Source: an uncultured Verrucomicrobiae bacterium (lineage in GTDB: Bacteria > Verrucomicrobiota > Verrucomicrobiia > Limisphaerales > JAFGQR01). From it: DNA of 64,000 nt. Where the stretch lies: positions 32,001 through 96,000 of the forward strand of contig CAWBHS010000089.1 in the NCBI GenBank assembly GCA_963788655.1. Direction: 5' to 3'. The notes below the pieces were generated by a model that saw only the letters and a program-made list of their open reading frames with translations, was not told where the DNA came from and ran no database searches. Positions 9,119-17,723 of the stretch are shown here, piece by piece. The number at the start of each line of letters is the position of its first letter. The first letter of the stretch is position 1. The translations under genes were made by a program, and so were the position numbers.

Positions 9119-10144
9119 ATGCGAACGAAATTAACCAACTGGAAAAACCAAGCGCAATTGAAGACGAGCTTGAGTCGGCAACGCAAGCGGAGCGCGACAA
9201 ACTCGACACCCGCAAAATCTTTGGACAGCGGCTTGCCTCTGACCAAGACCGCCGTTCAGCGGGGGTCTAGCTCCGTATCAACAGAGATTTCTCCGGAAGC
9301 GGAAGCCACGACAGCGCTGAGTCTCTATCTGCGAGAAATCGGCCAAGTGGATTTGCTCACCCTGGCACAGGAAAATGCCTTGGGCCGGCGCATCAAACGG
9401 GGCGACGCGAAAGCGCGTGACCAGATGATCAAAGCGAACCTTCGCCTGGTGGTTCACATCGCGCGCGACTATGAACATTGCGGACTGCCGCTGCTCGATC
9501 TGATCAACGAAGGCAACATCGGGTTGATGAAAGCCGCCGAGCGGTTTGATCCCGCCAAAGGTGCCAAGTTTTCCACCTACGCCTCGCTGTGGATCAAGCA
9601 GGCCATCCGACGGGGCCTGGCCGGCCAAGCCAAGACCATTCGCCTGCCGGTCAATGCCGTGGATACTCTATATCGCCTACGTCATACCGCCGTGCGGCTT
9701 AGCGAAGAACTGGGGCGCGATCCCAGCGACGAAGAACTGGCTCAGGAATTGGGAATATCCACTCGTCGAGTAACCGAATTGAACGTTGCTTCGTTGCCCC
9801 CGGCCTCCCTTGACGCCGCCATTGGAGACGACGACACGAGCCGGTTGATCGAAATCGTGGAGGACGAGCGCGCGGTCATGCCGAGTGCTGATCTGGAGGA
9901 CAAGAATAACCTGCAACTGGTGGCATCGCTCATCCAAACCCTGGAGCCGCGGGAGGCCACCATTCTGCGAATGCGATTTGGTTTGGACGGAGCCGCGGAG
10001 AGGACGTTGGAGGAAATCGGCAAGAAATTCGGCCTGACCCGCGAACGCATTCGCCAACTCCAAAACGAGGCGTTGCGCAAATTGCGCCGGGGCTTTGAGG
10101 ATCTGGACGTTAATCAACAGGACACCGTTGAGGTCGCCGCTTGA
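9119..10144 (+). CDS. RNA polymerase sigma-70 factor, RpoD/SigA family without region 1.1
   Basis: Region 1.2 LYLREIG..LLT; region 2 ANLRLVV, DLINEGNIGLMKAAERFDP.KG.KFSTYA; region 4 TLEEIG..FGLTRERIRQ. Confidence 0.93.
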   Translation: MRTKLTNWKNQAQLKTSLSRQRKRSATNSTPAKSLDSGLPLTKTAVQRGSSSVSTEISPEAEATTALSLYLREIGQVDLLTLAQENALGRRIKRGDAKARDQMIKANLRLVVHIARDYEHCGLPLLDLINEGNIGLMKAAERFDPAKGAKFSTYASLWIKQAIRRGLAGQAKTIRLPVNAVDTLYRLRHTAVRLSEELGRDPSDEELAQELGISTRRVTELNVASLPPASLDAAIGDDDTSRLIEIVEDERAVMPSADLEDKNNLQLVASLIQTLEPREATILRMRFGLDGAAERTLEEIGKKFGLTRERIRQLQNEALRKLRRGFEDLDVNQQDTVEVAA

Positions 10145-10199
10145 AACTGACTCGGCCATAAACGCGAACACAGGTTCCTTTGAAAAACCGCATCCCATT

Positions 10200-11736
10200 A
10201 TGACCAAAGAAATCATCATCATTGGCGCCGGTCCCGGCGGACTGGCTTCGGCAGTTTTACTCGCCGCGGCGGGAGCTAAAGTCAAAGTCATCGAACGACT
10301 GCCCCAAGTGGGTGGGCGAACGTCCACCATTGAAGCTCACGGTTACAAATTCGATTTGGGCCCGACCTTCTTTCTTTATCCGCGCGTGCTTGAGGACATC
10401 TTCAAGGCGGCGGGCACCGCGCTGTCAGAGCACGTGGAACTGAAGCGCCTCGACCCACAATACCGGCTGATTTTTGGCGAGGGCGGTCAACTCGATCTGT
10501 ACCCCCCAAATCGAGCAGATGGAGCGATCCATCGCCGCCCTCGCTCCAGTTGATGCGCCGTCGTTTCGGCGGTTCATCCTCGAAAACCGCACCAAGTTGG
10601 AAAAGATGCGGCCGTGTCTCGAGACCCCGTTCCTCGGTTGGAAGGATGTGCTCAACCGCCGGATGCTGGAACTTCTGCCGGTGGTGCGGCCACACCAGTC
10701 GATGGACGACTACCTGAAGCGGTTCTTCAAGGATCCGCGCATTCGCCTGGCTTTTTCCTTTCAGTCCAAATACCTGGGCATGTCGCCGTTCCGGTGCCCG
10801 AGCCTCTTTTCGATTCTTTCCTTTCTGGAATATGAATACGGCGTGTTTCATCCGGTCGGCGGTTGCGGAGCCATTTCCCAGGCCCTGGCCGAAGTGGCCT
10901 CCAGCCTGGGGGTCGAGTTTCGCTTGGATGAACCAGTGGAGGAAATGTTGTTCGCCGGGCGCAAAGCCACGGGCGTCCGCACCCGCGCCGGTGTGCATCG
11001 GGCCGACGCGGTAATTGTGAATGCCGACTTTGCCCGGGCCATGGTGCGGATGGTGCCCAACGAATTGCGCCGCCGGTGGACCGACGAGAAAATCACCAAA
11101 AAGAAATTCTCGTGCTCGACGTTCATGATGTATCTCGGGATCGAAGGCCGCTACGAATTGCCCCATCATTCGATCTTCATATCCAAGGATTATGCCCGCA
11201 ACCTGGACGAAATTGAGAACCAGCACGTGCTGTCATCTGATCCGTCCTTCTACGTGCAAAATGCGAGCGTGACCGATTCCACGCTGGCGCCCCGGAACCA
11301 CAGCGCGCTGTATTTGCTCGCTCCCGTGACTCACCAACATCCCCACGTGGACTGGTCCCGCGAACGTGAACGCTTTCGCGGAGTGCTGCTCGAAAAAATC
11401 GCCCAAGCCGGTTTTACGGACGTTGAAGCCCGCATCCGCTACGAACGGATCATTACCCCCGCCGATTGGGACCAGCGTTACGAAATTTATCGAGGCGCCA
11501 CGTTCAACCTGGCGCACTCACTGGACCAGATGCTGCACCTTCGACCGCGCAATCGGTTCGAGGATCTCGACGGAGTTTATCTCGTTGGCGGCGGCACCCA
11601 CCCGGGGAGTGGATTGCCGGTGATTTTTGAATCCGCTCGCATTACCAGCCGGCTTTTGCTGGACGATTTGGGCGTCACGCCGACCGTGGCTCCCGTCCGG
11701 CTGGAAGCCCAGTCCACCACTCTCCAACCAGCCTGA
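10200..11736 (+). CDS. crtN: phytoene/diapophytoene desaturase, CrtI/CrtN family (frameshift near 10497)
   Basis: IIGAGPGGL FAD motif, FDLGPTF, C-terminal LVGGGTHPGSGLP; two overlapping ORFs joined by one indel. Confidence 0.8.
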
Positions 11737-13256
11737 TGAGTAAAGTGCATTCCATTGGCTCCAATCCACTCGAAGCTCAGGCGTTAGCTTCGCGTGCGAT
11801 GGATTTGGAGGCGCGCGTGAAAACCGCGACTCGTGATGCCCGTCTTGCTCAAGTTCAATGGGCAGATACTTCTTTGAAACAGCGCCTCAAATTGCTTCGG
11901 CGGTTGCGTCATTTGCTGGTGGAACGTGCGAGCGAATTGGCGGCGGTGATCGGTGGTCCGCGCCACCGTCCGCTGGCAGAGACCCTCACCGCGGAAGTCA
12001 TTCCCTTGGTGGAAGCCTGTCGGTTTTTGGAGCGTGAAGCGGCAGCCATCCTGGCGCCTCGTCGAATTGGCCAACGTCATCGTCCGCTGTGGTTGACCGG
12101 AGTTTGGTCCGAGGTTCAGCGGGAAGCCTTGGGCGTGCTGCTCAAGGTGGCACCGTTCAATTATCCGCTTTTCATTCCCGGCGTTGTGACCTTGCAGGCT
12201 CTCGCTGCCGGCAATGCCATCCTGATCAAACCGGGGCATCAGGGCATGGCGGCAGCGAATGCATTGGCGCAACTCGTGAACGCCGCGGGAATCGATGGTC
12301 GATTGTGCCGCGTGCTGCCCGAACACCCGGACTCGGTGCGTTGCGCGGTCGAAGCCGGCGTGGCCAAAGTGTTTGTTACGGGCTCGGCTGCCACCGGCCG
12401 GGCGATTCAAGCAATGCTCGCCGAACATGTCGTGCCTTCCACTTTGGAACTTTCGGGCTGTGATTCCGTCCTCGTGCGCCGCGACGCCAATCTCGACCTG
12501 GTGGCGCAAGGTTTGGCTTTTGGCCTGCGACTGAATGCGGGCGCCACCTGTGTGGCCCCGCGACGCGTTTTCGTGCATACCTCGCGGGCCACGGAACTGG
12601 AAGGGCGGCTCGCTCAATTGCTCGCGGACGAAGCTCCGATTCCAATTCCTTGTCCGATGGCCCAGCGGCTCGTTTCCCTGTTGCGGGCGGCCTTGGCCGA
12701 AGGCGCTCATCTCGTGAGCGGGACGATTGGCGACGACGGTTCGGCGATCGGTCCGCAGGTTCTGGCGGGCGCCCAACCCGGGATGCAACTTCTCCGGGAG
12801 GATGTGTTGGCTCCGGTGCTGGCATTGGTATCGACCACCAATGATACCGAGGCGGTGGCGATGGCTAATGACTGTCCGTATGCCTTGGGAGCTACAATTT
12901 TCAGTGAGGACAAAAGATCTGCCGCCGAGTTGGCGGGGCAAATGCACGCGGGCGTGGTGGTGGTGAACGATGTGATCGTGCCCACGGCCGATCCTCGAGT
13001 GCCCTTTGGGGGACGTAAGCATAGTGGCTTTGGCGTGACCCGCGGCGCCGAAGGGCTTTTGGAAATGACGACGCCCAAAGTCATCACGATCCGGCGCGGT
13101 TCCTGGCGGCCGCACTTTGCGAAACCGGCTCCGGGCGATGAAGTTGTCTTTGCTGATTATCTCACCTTGGCTCACGGCGGTAGTCCCCGGAAACGGGTGC
13201 GCGCACTTCTCAACTTATTGCGGCGCCTTAGCAACAAAAACCACAGAACTTCCTGA
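11736..13256 (+). CDS. aldehyde dehydrogenase, likely carotenoid-aldehyde oxidising (AldH/CrtNc-like)
   Basis: PFNYP, VTGS, LELSG, catalytic Cys in GATCVA, PFGGRKHSGFG; position inside the carotenoid operon. Confidence 0.85.
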   Translation: MSKVHSIGSNPLEAQALASRAMDLEARVKTATRDARLAQVQWADTSLKQRLKLLRRLRHLLVERASELAAVIGGPRHRPLAETLTAEVIPLVEACRFLEREAAAILAPRRIGQRHRPLWLTGVWSEVQREALGVLLKVAPFNYPLFIPGVVTLQALAAGNAILIKPGHQGMAAANALAQLVNAAGIDGRLCRVLPEHPDSVRCAVEAGVAKVFVTGSAATGRAIQAMLAEHVVPSTLELSGCDSVLVRRDANLDLVAQGLAFGLRLNAGATCVAPRRVFVHTSRATELEGRLAQLLADEAPIPIPCPMAQRLVSLLRAALAEGAHLVSGTIGDDGSAIGPQVLAGAQPGMQLLREDVLAPVLALVSTTNDTEAVAMANDCPYALGATIFSEDKRSAAELAGQMHAGVVVVNDVIVPTADPRVPFGGRKHSGFGVTRGAEGLLEMTTPKVITIRRGSWRPHFAKPAPGDEVVFADYLTLAHGGSPRKRVRALLNLLRRLSNKNHRTS

Positions 13257-13271
13257 ACGAAAAACAACATT

Positions 13272-14840
13272 ATGACGGCAGAACTTTCACAAAAGATCGG
13301 GGTCATCGGCGGTGGGCTCGGCGGATTAGCGGCCGCCTGCACTTTGGCGGCCCGGGGTCACGAAGTGGTCCTGTTTGAAATGAATTCCTGGCTCGGCGGC
13401 AAAGCCGCTTTGTGGGAAGCGGACGGATTCCGCTTCGACATGGGACCGACCATTCTAACGCTACCGTCAGTGTTGCGACGCATTTTTGCGGAAGCCAACG
13501 AATCCATGCGCGACTACCTCGAACTGATTCCGCTTGATCCGCAGTGGCGCAGCTTTTTCGAGGACGGCTCCACCCTGGACCTGGTGGCGGACGTTCGCGA
13601 GATGGGTACCGCGCTCGATGCATTTTCGCCGGGCAAATCCTTAAGTGCCCGTTACACCCGGTTCATGGCGCTGGCCAAAAAACTGCACGACCTCTCGAAT
13701 CGCTATTTCTTCTATCGTTCGATTGGTGGCCTGCGGGACATGTACAACGCCCGGGCCACGTTTCGGGCCGGCACGTTGCGGGATGTGTTGACCATGCGCA
13801 TGGGCGGCACGGTTGCCGGCACGATCCGTTCCTTCATTCCCGACGCCCGCGTCGCGCAGATGCTCGATCATTTTACCCAGTACGTTGGTTCTGCTCCGGA
13901 CGCTTCGCCGGCGGTTCTCTGTGGCATTGCCGATATGCAGACGGCGGAAGGCGTTTGGTATCCGCGGGGCGGCACTCGGGCTGTGCCCGACGCGCTTGGC
14001 AAACTGGCGGTCAACCTCGGTGTGCATATCCGCACCCGGACGCCCATCGCGCGCATTCTAACCGCCAATGGGCGGGTGAGCGGAGTGGAAACGGCCAACG
14101 GAGAAACCATTCCACTTGCGGCGGTGGTTTCGAATAGCGACTCGGTGCGCACCCATCGCGAACTGCTGACGGGAGACGTTGCGCAGCGTTTCCTCAACCG
14201 TCGTCCGTACGAACCCGCCTGTTCCGGGGTGGTGTTGTACTTGGGATTGAACCGTCGGTATGAACAATTGCGGCACCACAATTTTGTGTTCTCCCAATCG
14301 CCGGAGGAAGAGTTTGATTACATCTATCGCCGCGGCGAACCGGCGCCCGATCCCACCTGTTATGTGTGCGCGCCGGCGCAGACCGAACCCGAGGTGGCGC
14401 CGCCCGGAGGCGAAGCTTTGTATGTGCTGGTCCACACCCCGTATTTGCGGCCGCACCACGAATGGCCGCGAATGCTGCCGGCCTACCGCCGCACCATTTT
14501 GGAAAAACTTAAACGGACCGCCGGTTTACGGGATATCGAGCAGCGCATCGTTACCGAAAAGGTGTTGACGCCGCAGGACATTCACGAGCGCTACCACGTG
14601 TTGAATGGCGCGATCTATGGCTTGGCGAGTCACGGGCGTTTCCTGGGCGCCTTCAAACCGGCCAATCGCAGTCCCGATCTGCGGGGATTGTATCTGGCCG
14701 GCGGTTCGGCCCATCCCGGCCCCGGCATGCCGATGGTGATGATGTCGGGTTGGATCGCTGCCGACGCGTTGGATCAGGATGGGGTGGCCACGCCGTCACG
14801 ACAATCGTCGCCCCGAACCACTGAAATGGTGGCTGCATAA
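13272..14840 (+). CDS. crtP: second CrtI-family FAD enzyme, likely diapolycopene/diaponeurosporene oxygenase (CrtP/CrtNb-like)
   Basis: VIGGGLGGL, FDMGPTILT, LAGGSAHPGPGMP. The crtP assignment is from context only. Confidence 0.7.
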   Translation: MTAELSQKIGVIGGGLGGLAAACTLAARGHEVVLFEMNSWLGGKAALWEADGFRFDMGPTILTLPSVLRRIFAEANESMRDYLELIPLDPQWRSFFEDGSTLDLVADVREMGTALDAFSPGKSLSARYTRFMALAKKLHDLSNRYFFYRSIGGLRDMYNARATFRAGTLRDVLTMRMGGTVAGTIRSFIPDARVAQMLDHFTQYVGSAPDASPAVLCGIADMQTAEGVWYPRGGTRAVPDALGKLAVNLGVHIRTRTPIARILTANGRVSGVETANGETIPLAAVVSNSDSVRTHRELLTGDVAQRFLNRRPYEPACSGVVLYLGLNRRYEQLRHHNFVFSQSPEEEFDYIYRRGEPAPDPTCYVCAPAQTEPEVAPPGGEALYVLVHTPYLRPHHEWPRMLPAYRRTILEKLKRTAGLRDIEQRIVTEKVLTPQDIHERYHVLNGAIYGLASHGRFLGAFKPANRSPDLRGLYLAGGSAHPGPGMPMVMMSGWIAADALDQDGVATPSRQSSPRTTEMVAA

Positions 14841-14851
14841 AATCTCTAGCG

Positions 14852-15739
14852 ATGCCCCCTTCGCAACTCCAGATCAATTCGGGCACAGCCGGAGCGTTGC
14901 GCGCGCGGCCACTGGTCCCATTTGCTACGACCAGGCCCATAGGACGTTCGAGCGCGACCTTGGCTGTGCCTTCAGTTTCCCCCTGGTTATTCAAGGGCTT
15001 TGCCCTTTATGCCCGCGCTTACATCAAAAAGCATTTTCACGCGCTTCGGCTTTGTCGTGCGGGGCAACCGCCCGCGGAGGACGACGCGCCGCTGGTGGTG
15101 TATGCGAATCATGCCTCCTGGTGGGATCCGCTGGTGGGCCTGGTGCTCGGGCAAACGTTCTTTCCCCGGCGCAACCTGTTCGCCCCCATGGCGGCTGAGT
15201 CTCTGGAAAAGTATCGAATGTTGGCCCGGTTGGGCTTCTTCGGCGTTGAACAGAACTCCGTCCGCGGGGCGGCCACGTTCCTGCGAACCAGTCTAAAGAT
15301 TCTTCGCTGGCCGAGTGCGTCGCTCTGGATCACCCCGCAGGGCCAATTCGGCGATCCGCGCGACCGACCGATCCGCTTCAAGCCGGGGCTTGGACAACTG
15401 GCGCAGCGGGTGAATCGCGCGCTCTTCGTCCCGTTGGCCATCGAGTATCCCTTTTGGGAAGAGCGCACTCCCGAAGTCTTGGCTGCTTTTGGCGAACCGG
15501 TGCTCGTCGAAGCCTCCCATATCCGACGCGCGGATGCCAAATACTGGACCGCGCTCTTTGAGCAGAAATTATCAGCCACGCTGGATCGGCTGGCGCGGGC
15601 ATCGCAACGCCGCATTCCGGAGGAATTTACGACGATACTGCGCGGACGAGCCGGGGTGGGCCTTCTTTACGATGGGTGGCGCAAGCTGCGCGCACGATTG
15701 CGCGGAGAAACATTCGCCAATGAACACGGCGCCAAATGA
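14852..15739 (+). CDS. PlsC-like (lysophospholipid) acyltransferase
   Basis: NHASWWD (HX4D), ITPQG, FKPG motifs. Confidence 0.85.
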   Translation: MPPSQLQINSGTAGALRARPLVPFATTRPIGRSSATLAVPSVSPWLFKGFALYARAYIKKHFHALRLCRAGQPPAEDDAPLVVYANHASWWDPLVGLVLGQTFFPRRNLFAPMAAESLEKYRMLARLGFFGVEQNSVRGAATFLRTSLKILRWPSASLWITPQGQFGDPRDRPIRFKPGLGQLAQRVNRALFVPLAIEYPFWEERTPEVLAAFGEPVLVEASHIRRADAKYWTALFEQKLSATLDRLARASQRRIPEEFTTILRGRAGVGLLYDGWRKLRARLRGETFANEHGAK

Positions 15740-16974
15740 ATCTCAACACGCTCTCTTTGATTGCCCTGGTTTTGGCGGGGATTCCCTGCCTGCTGTTCCT
15801 CGTGAATCTGCTGGCCTATCGCCAACCGGCCGGCGGCGTTGGAGTATTGCTGCCAAACGCGATTTTGAAACCGCGCTTTCATGTATCCGAAACCAGCGCG
15901 CCGGTCATCGTGCCGCAATCCATTTCCGTGCTCATTCCCGCGCGCAATGAAGAAACGAATATTCGCGCCACGCTGGCGGCGGTGCTTGCCAATCGCGGCG
16001 TCGAGTTCGAGGTCATCGTGATGGATGATCATTCGACCGATCTAACCGCGTCAATTGTCGCTGAGATTGCCGCGCGCGATGAGCGGGTGTTGCTCGTTCC
16101 GGCTCCGGAGTTGCCCGCTGGCTGGTGCGGCAAACCGCACGCCTGCTGGCAATTGGCGAAACATGCGCGGCACGGTCTATTCCTGTTTATCGACGCTGAT
16201 GTGCGCCTGGCTCCCGATGCCCTGGCACGCATGAGTTCGTTCATGAATACTGGCCGGGCCGACCTGGTCAGCGGCGTGCCGCGCCAGGAACTGGGAACAT
16301 TTTCTGAACGCTTGCTGCTGCCTCTGATTCACTTTCTTTTGCTCGGGTACCTGCCGATGCATTTCATGCGCTGGTCCAAATCCACCGGCTTCGGGACCGG
16401 CTGTGGCCAACTCTTCCTGGCCCGGGCCGAAGCCTATCGCCACTGTGGAGGTCACTCGACGGTGCGCGGGACGTTGCACGACGGGTTAAAGTTGCCGAAG
16501 GCGTTTCGTCGCGCCGGTTTTCGCACCGACTTGTTCGATGCCACTCCTCTGGCCGGCTGCCGGATGTATCGCCGCAATGCCGAGGTCTGGCAAGGTTTGG
16601 CCAAGAACGCCACCGAAGGGCTGGCCGCACCAGCGACAATTGCTCCGATGACCTTACTGCTGCTGGGAGGACAAGTGTTGCCGTTTTCATTGCTGGGGAT
16701 GGCGCCGTTTCTATCACCGGTAGCGTTGCTCATGGCGGTCACGGCGGCCCTGAGTTCGCTGTTGCCTCGTCTGATCGCCGTGCCGAAATTCAAACAACCC
16801 ATTGGCAGCGCACTGCTGCATCCCTTCGCCATTCTGGCCTTGCTGATCATTCAGTGGACCGCCTTCATCCGCTGGCTGGCCGGGAAACCGGCCACTTGGA
16901 AGGGGCGCGATTACTGTCCCTCGTTGCCGGTTGTTCACCTGACAAAGTCCATTCCGAAACCACGAAAAGCCTGA
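15736..16974 (+). CDS. glycosyltransferase family 2, CrtQ-like
   Basis: LIPARNEE, DDHSTD, GWCGK, FIDAD; N- and C-terminal TM segments. Confidence 0.85.
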   Translation: MNLNTLSLIALVLAGIPCLLFLVNLLAYRQPAGGVGVLLPNAILKPRFHVSETSAPVIVPQSISVLIPARNEETNIRATLAAVLANRGVEFEVIVMDDHSTDLTASIVAEIAARDERVLLVPAPELPAGWCGKPHACWQLAKHARHGLFLFIDADVRLAPDALARMSSFMNTGRADLVSGVPRQELGTFSERLLLPLIHFLLLGYLPMHFMRWSKSTGFGTGCGQLFLARAEAYRHCGGHSTVRGTLHDGLKLPKAFRRAGFRTDLFDATPLAGCRMYRRNAEVWQGLAKNATEGLAAPATIAPMTLLLLGGQVLPFSLLGMAPFLSPVALLMAVTAALSSLLPRLIAVPKFKQPIGSALLHPFAILALLIIQWTAFIRWLAGKPATWKGRDYCPSLPVVHLTKSIPKPRKA

Positions 16975-16988
16975 TTACACCTTGTTCC

Positions 16989-17558
16989 ATGAATTACCTT
17001 TTACGCTTGCTAAAACTTCGTTCAGCTTCGATGACTGGGATGTGCTTACTGCACTTTCTCGGATGCGCAGCCTTTGCCGGCCAAGCCAAACCACCTCCGG
17101 CCGACACGACGGCGGCGCACCCGACCAAAGTCGCTCCGTTCGCCCTGGCTGACCAATACGATCATGTTCACCGGTTCACGCTGCCACTGGCGAAAATTAC
17201 CGTGCTGACGGTGGCCGACAAGAAGGGTTCCCGTCACATCGAAGAGTGGGTGCATCCGCTCAAGCAGCGCTACAACCTGCGAATTGACATTGTGGGCGTG
17301 GCCGACCTCCGAGGAGTGCCGGGCCTGTTTCATGGCCGGGTGGTGAAGTCGTTCAAGCAGAGCCAGCGCTACCCAGTGATGTTGGATTGGAAGGGGGAAG
17401 TCGCCGAACAACTCGATTGTGCCAAAGGTCAGGCGAATGTCTTCGTGCTGGATCGTCAGGGACGCATCGTAGCCCGAAGGGCTGGCCCCGCAACTCCAGA
17501 CTCGCTGAAGGAACTTTTCAGCGCCATTGACCGATCAGTGGTTCCGGAGACCCCATGA
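16989..17558 (+). CDS. exported thioredoxin-fold/YtfJ-like protein
   Basis: Signal peptide, FALADQY, YPVMLDW, VFVLDRQGRIV; no CxxC. Confidence 0.6.
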   Translation: MNYLLRLLKLRSASMTGMCLLHFLGCAAFAGQAKPPPADTTAAHPTKVAPFALADQYDHVHRFTLPLAKITVLTVADKKGSRHIEEWVHPLKQRYNLRIDIVGVADLRGVPGLFHGRVVKSFKQSQRYPVMLDWKGEVAEQLDCAKGQANVFVLDRQGRIVARRAGPATPDSLKELFSAIDRSVVPETP

Positions 17559-17723
17559 AGCTGATTTCGTCCACGTAGCGCAAGCAAGGGAGCCCTGCGC
17601 TACCAACACAATCAAGACGCACGGCTCGGGGCTGTAGCTCCAAAAAAATGCGGGACATTCGGGGTAATTTATGATACGCATTACCTCGTAACCCGTTTTA
17701 TTGGCGAAAGTGAAGTTCAATCT

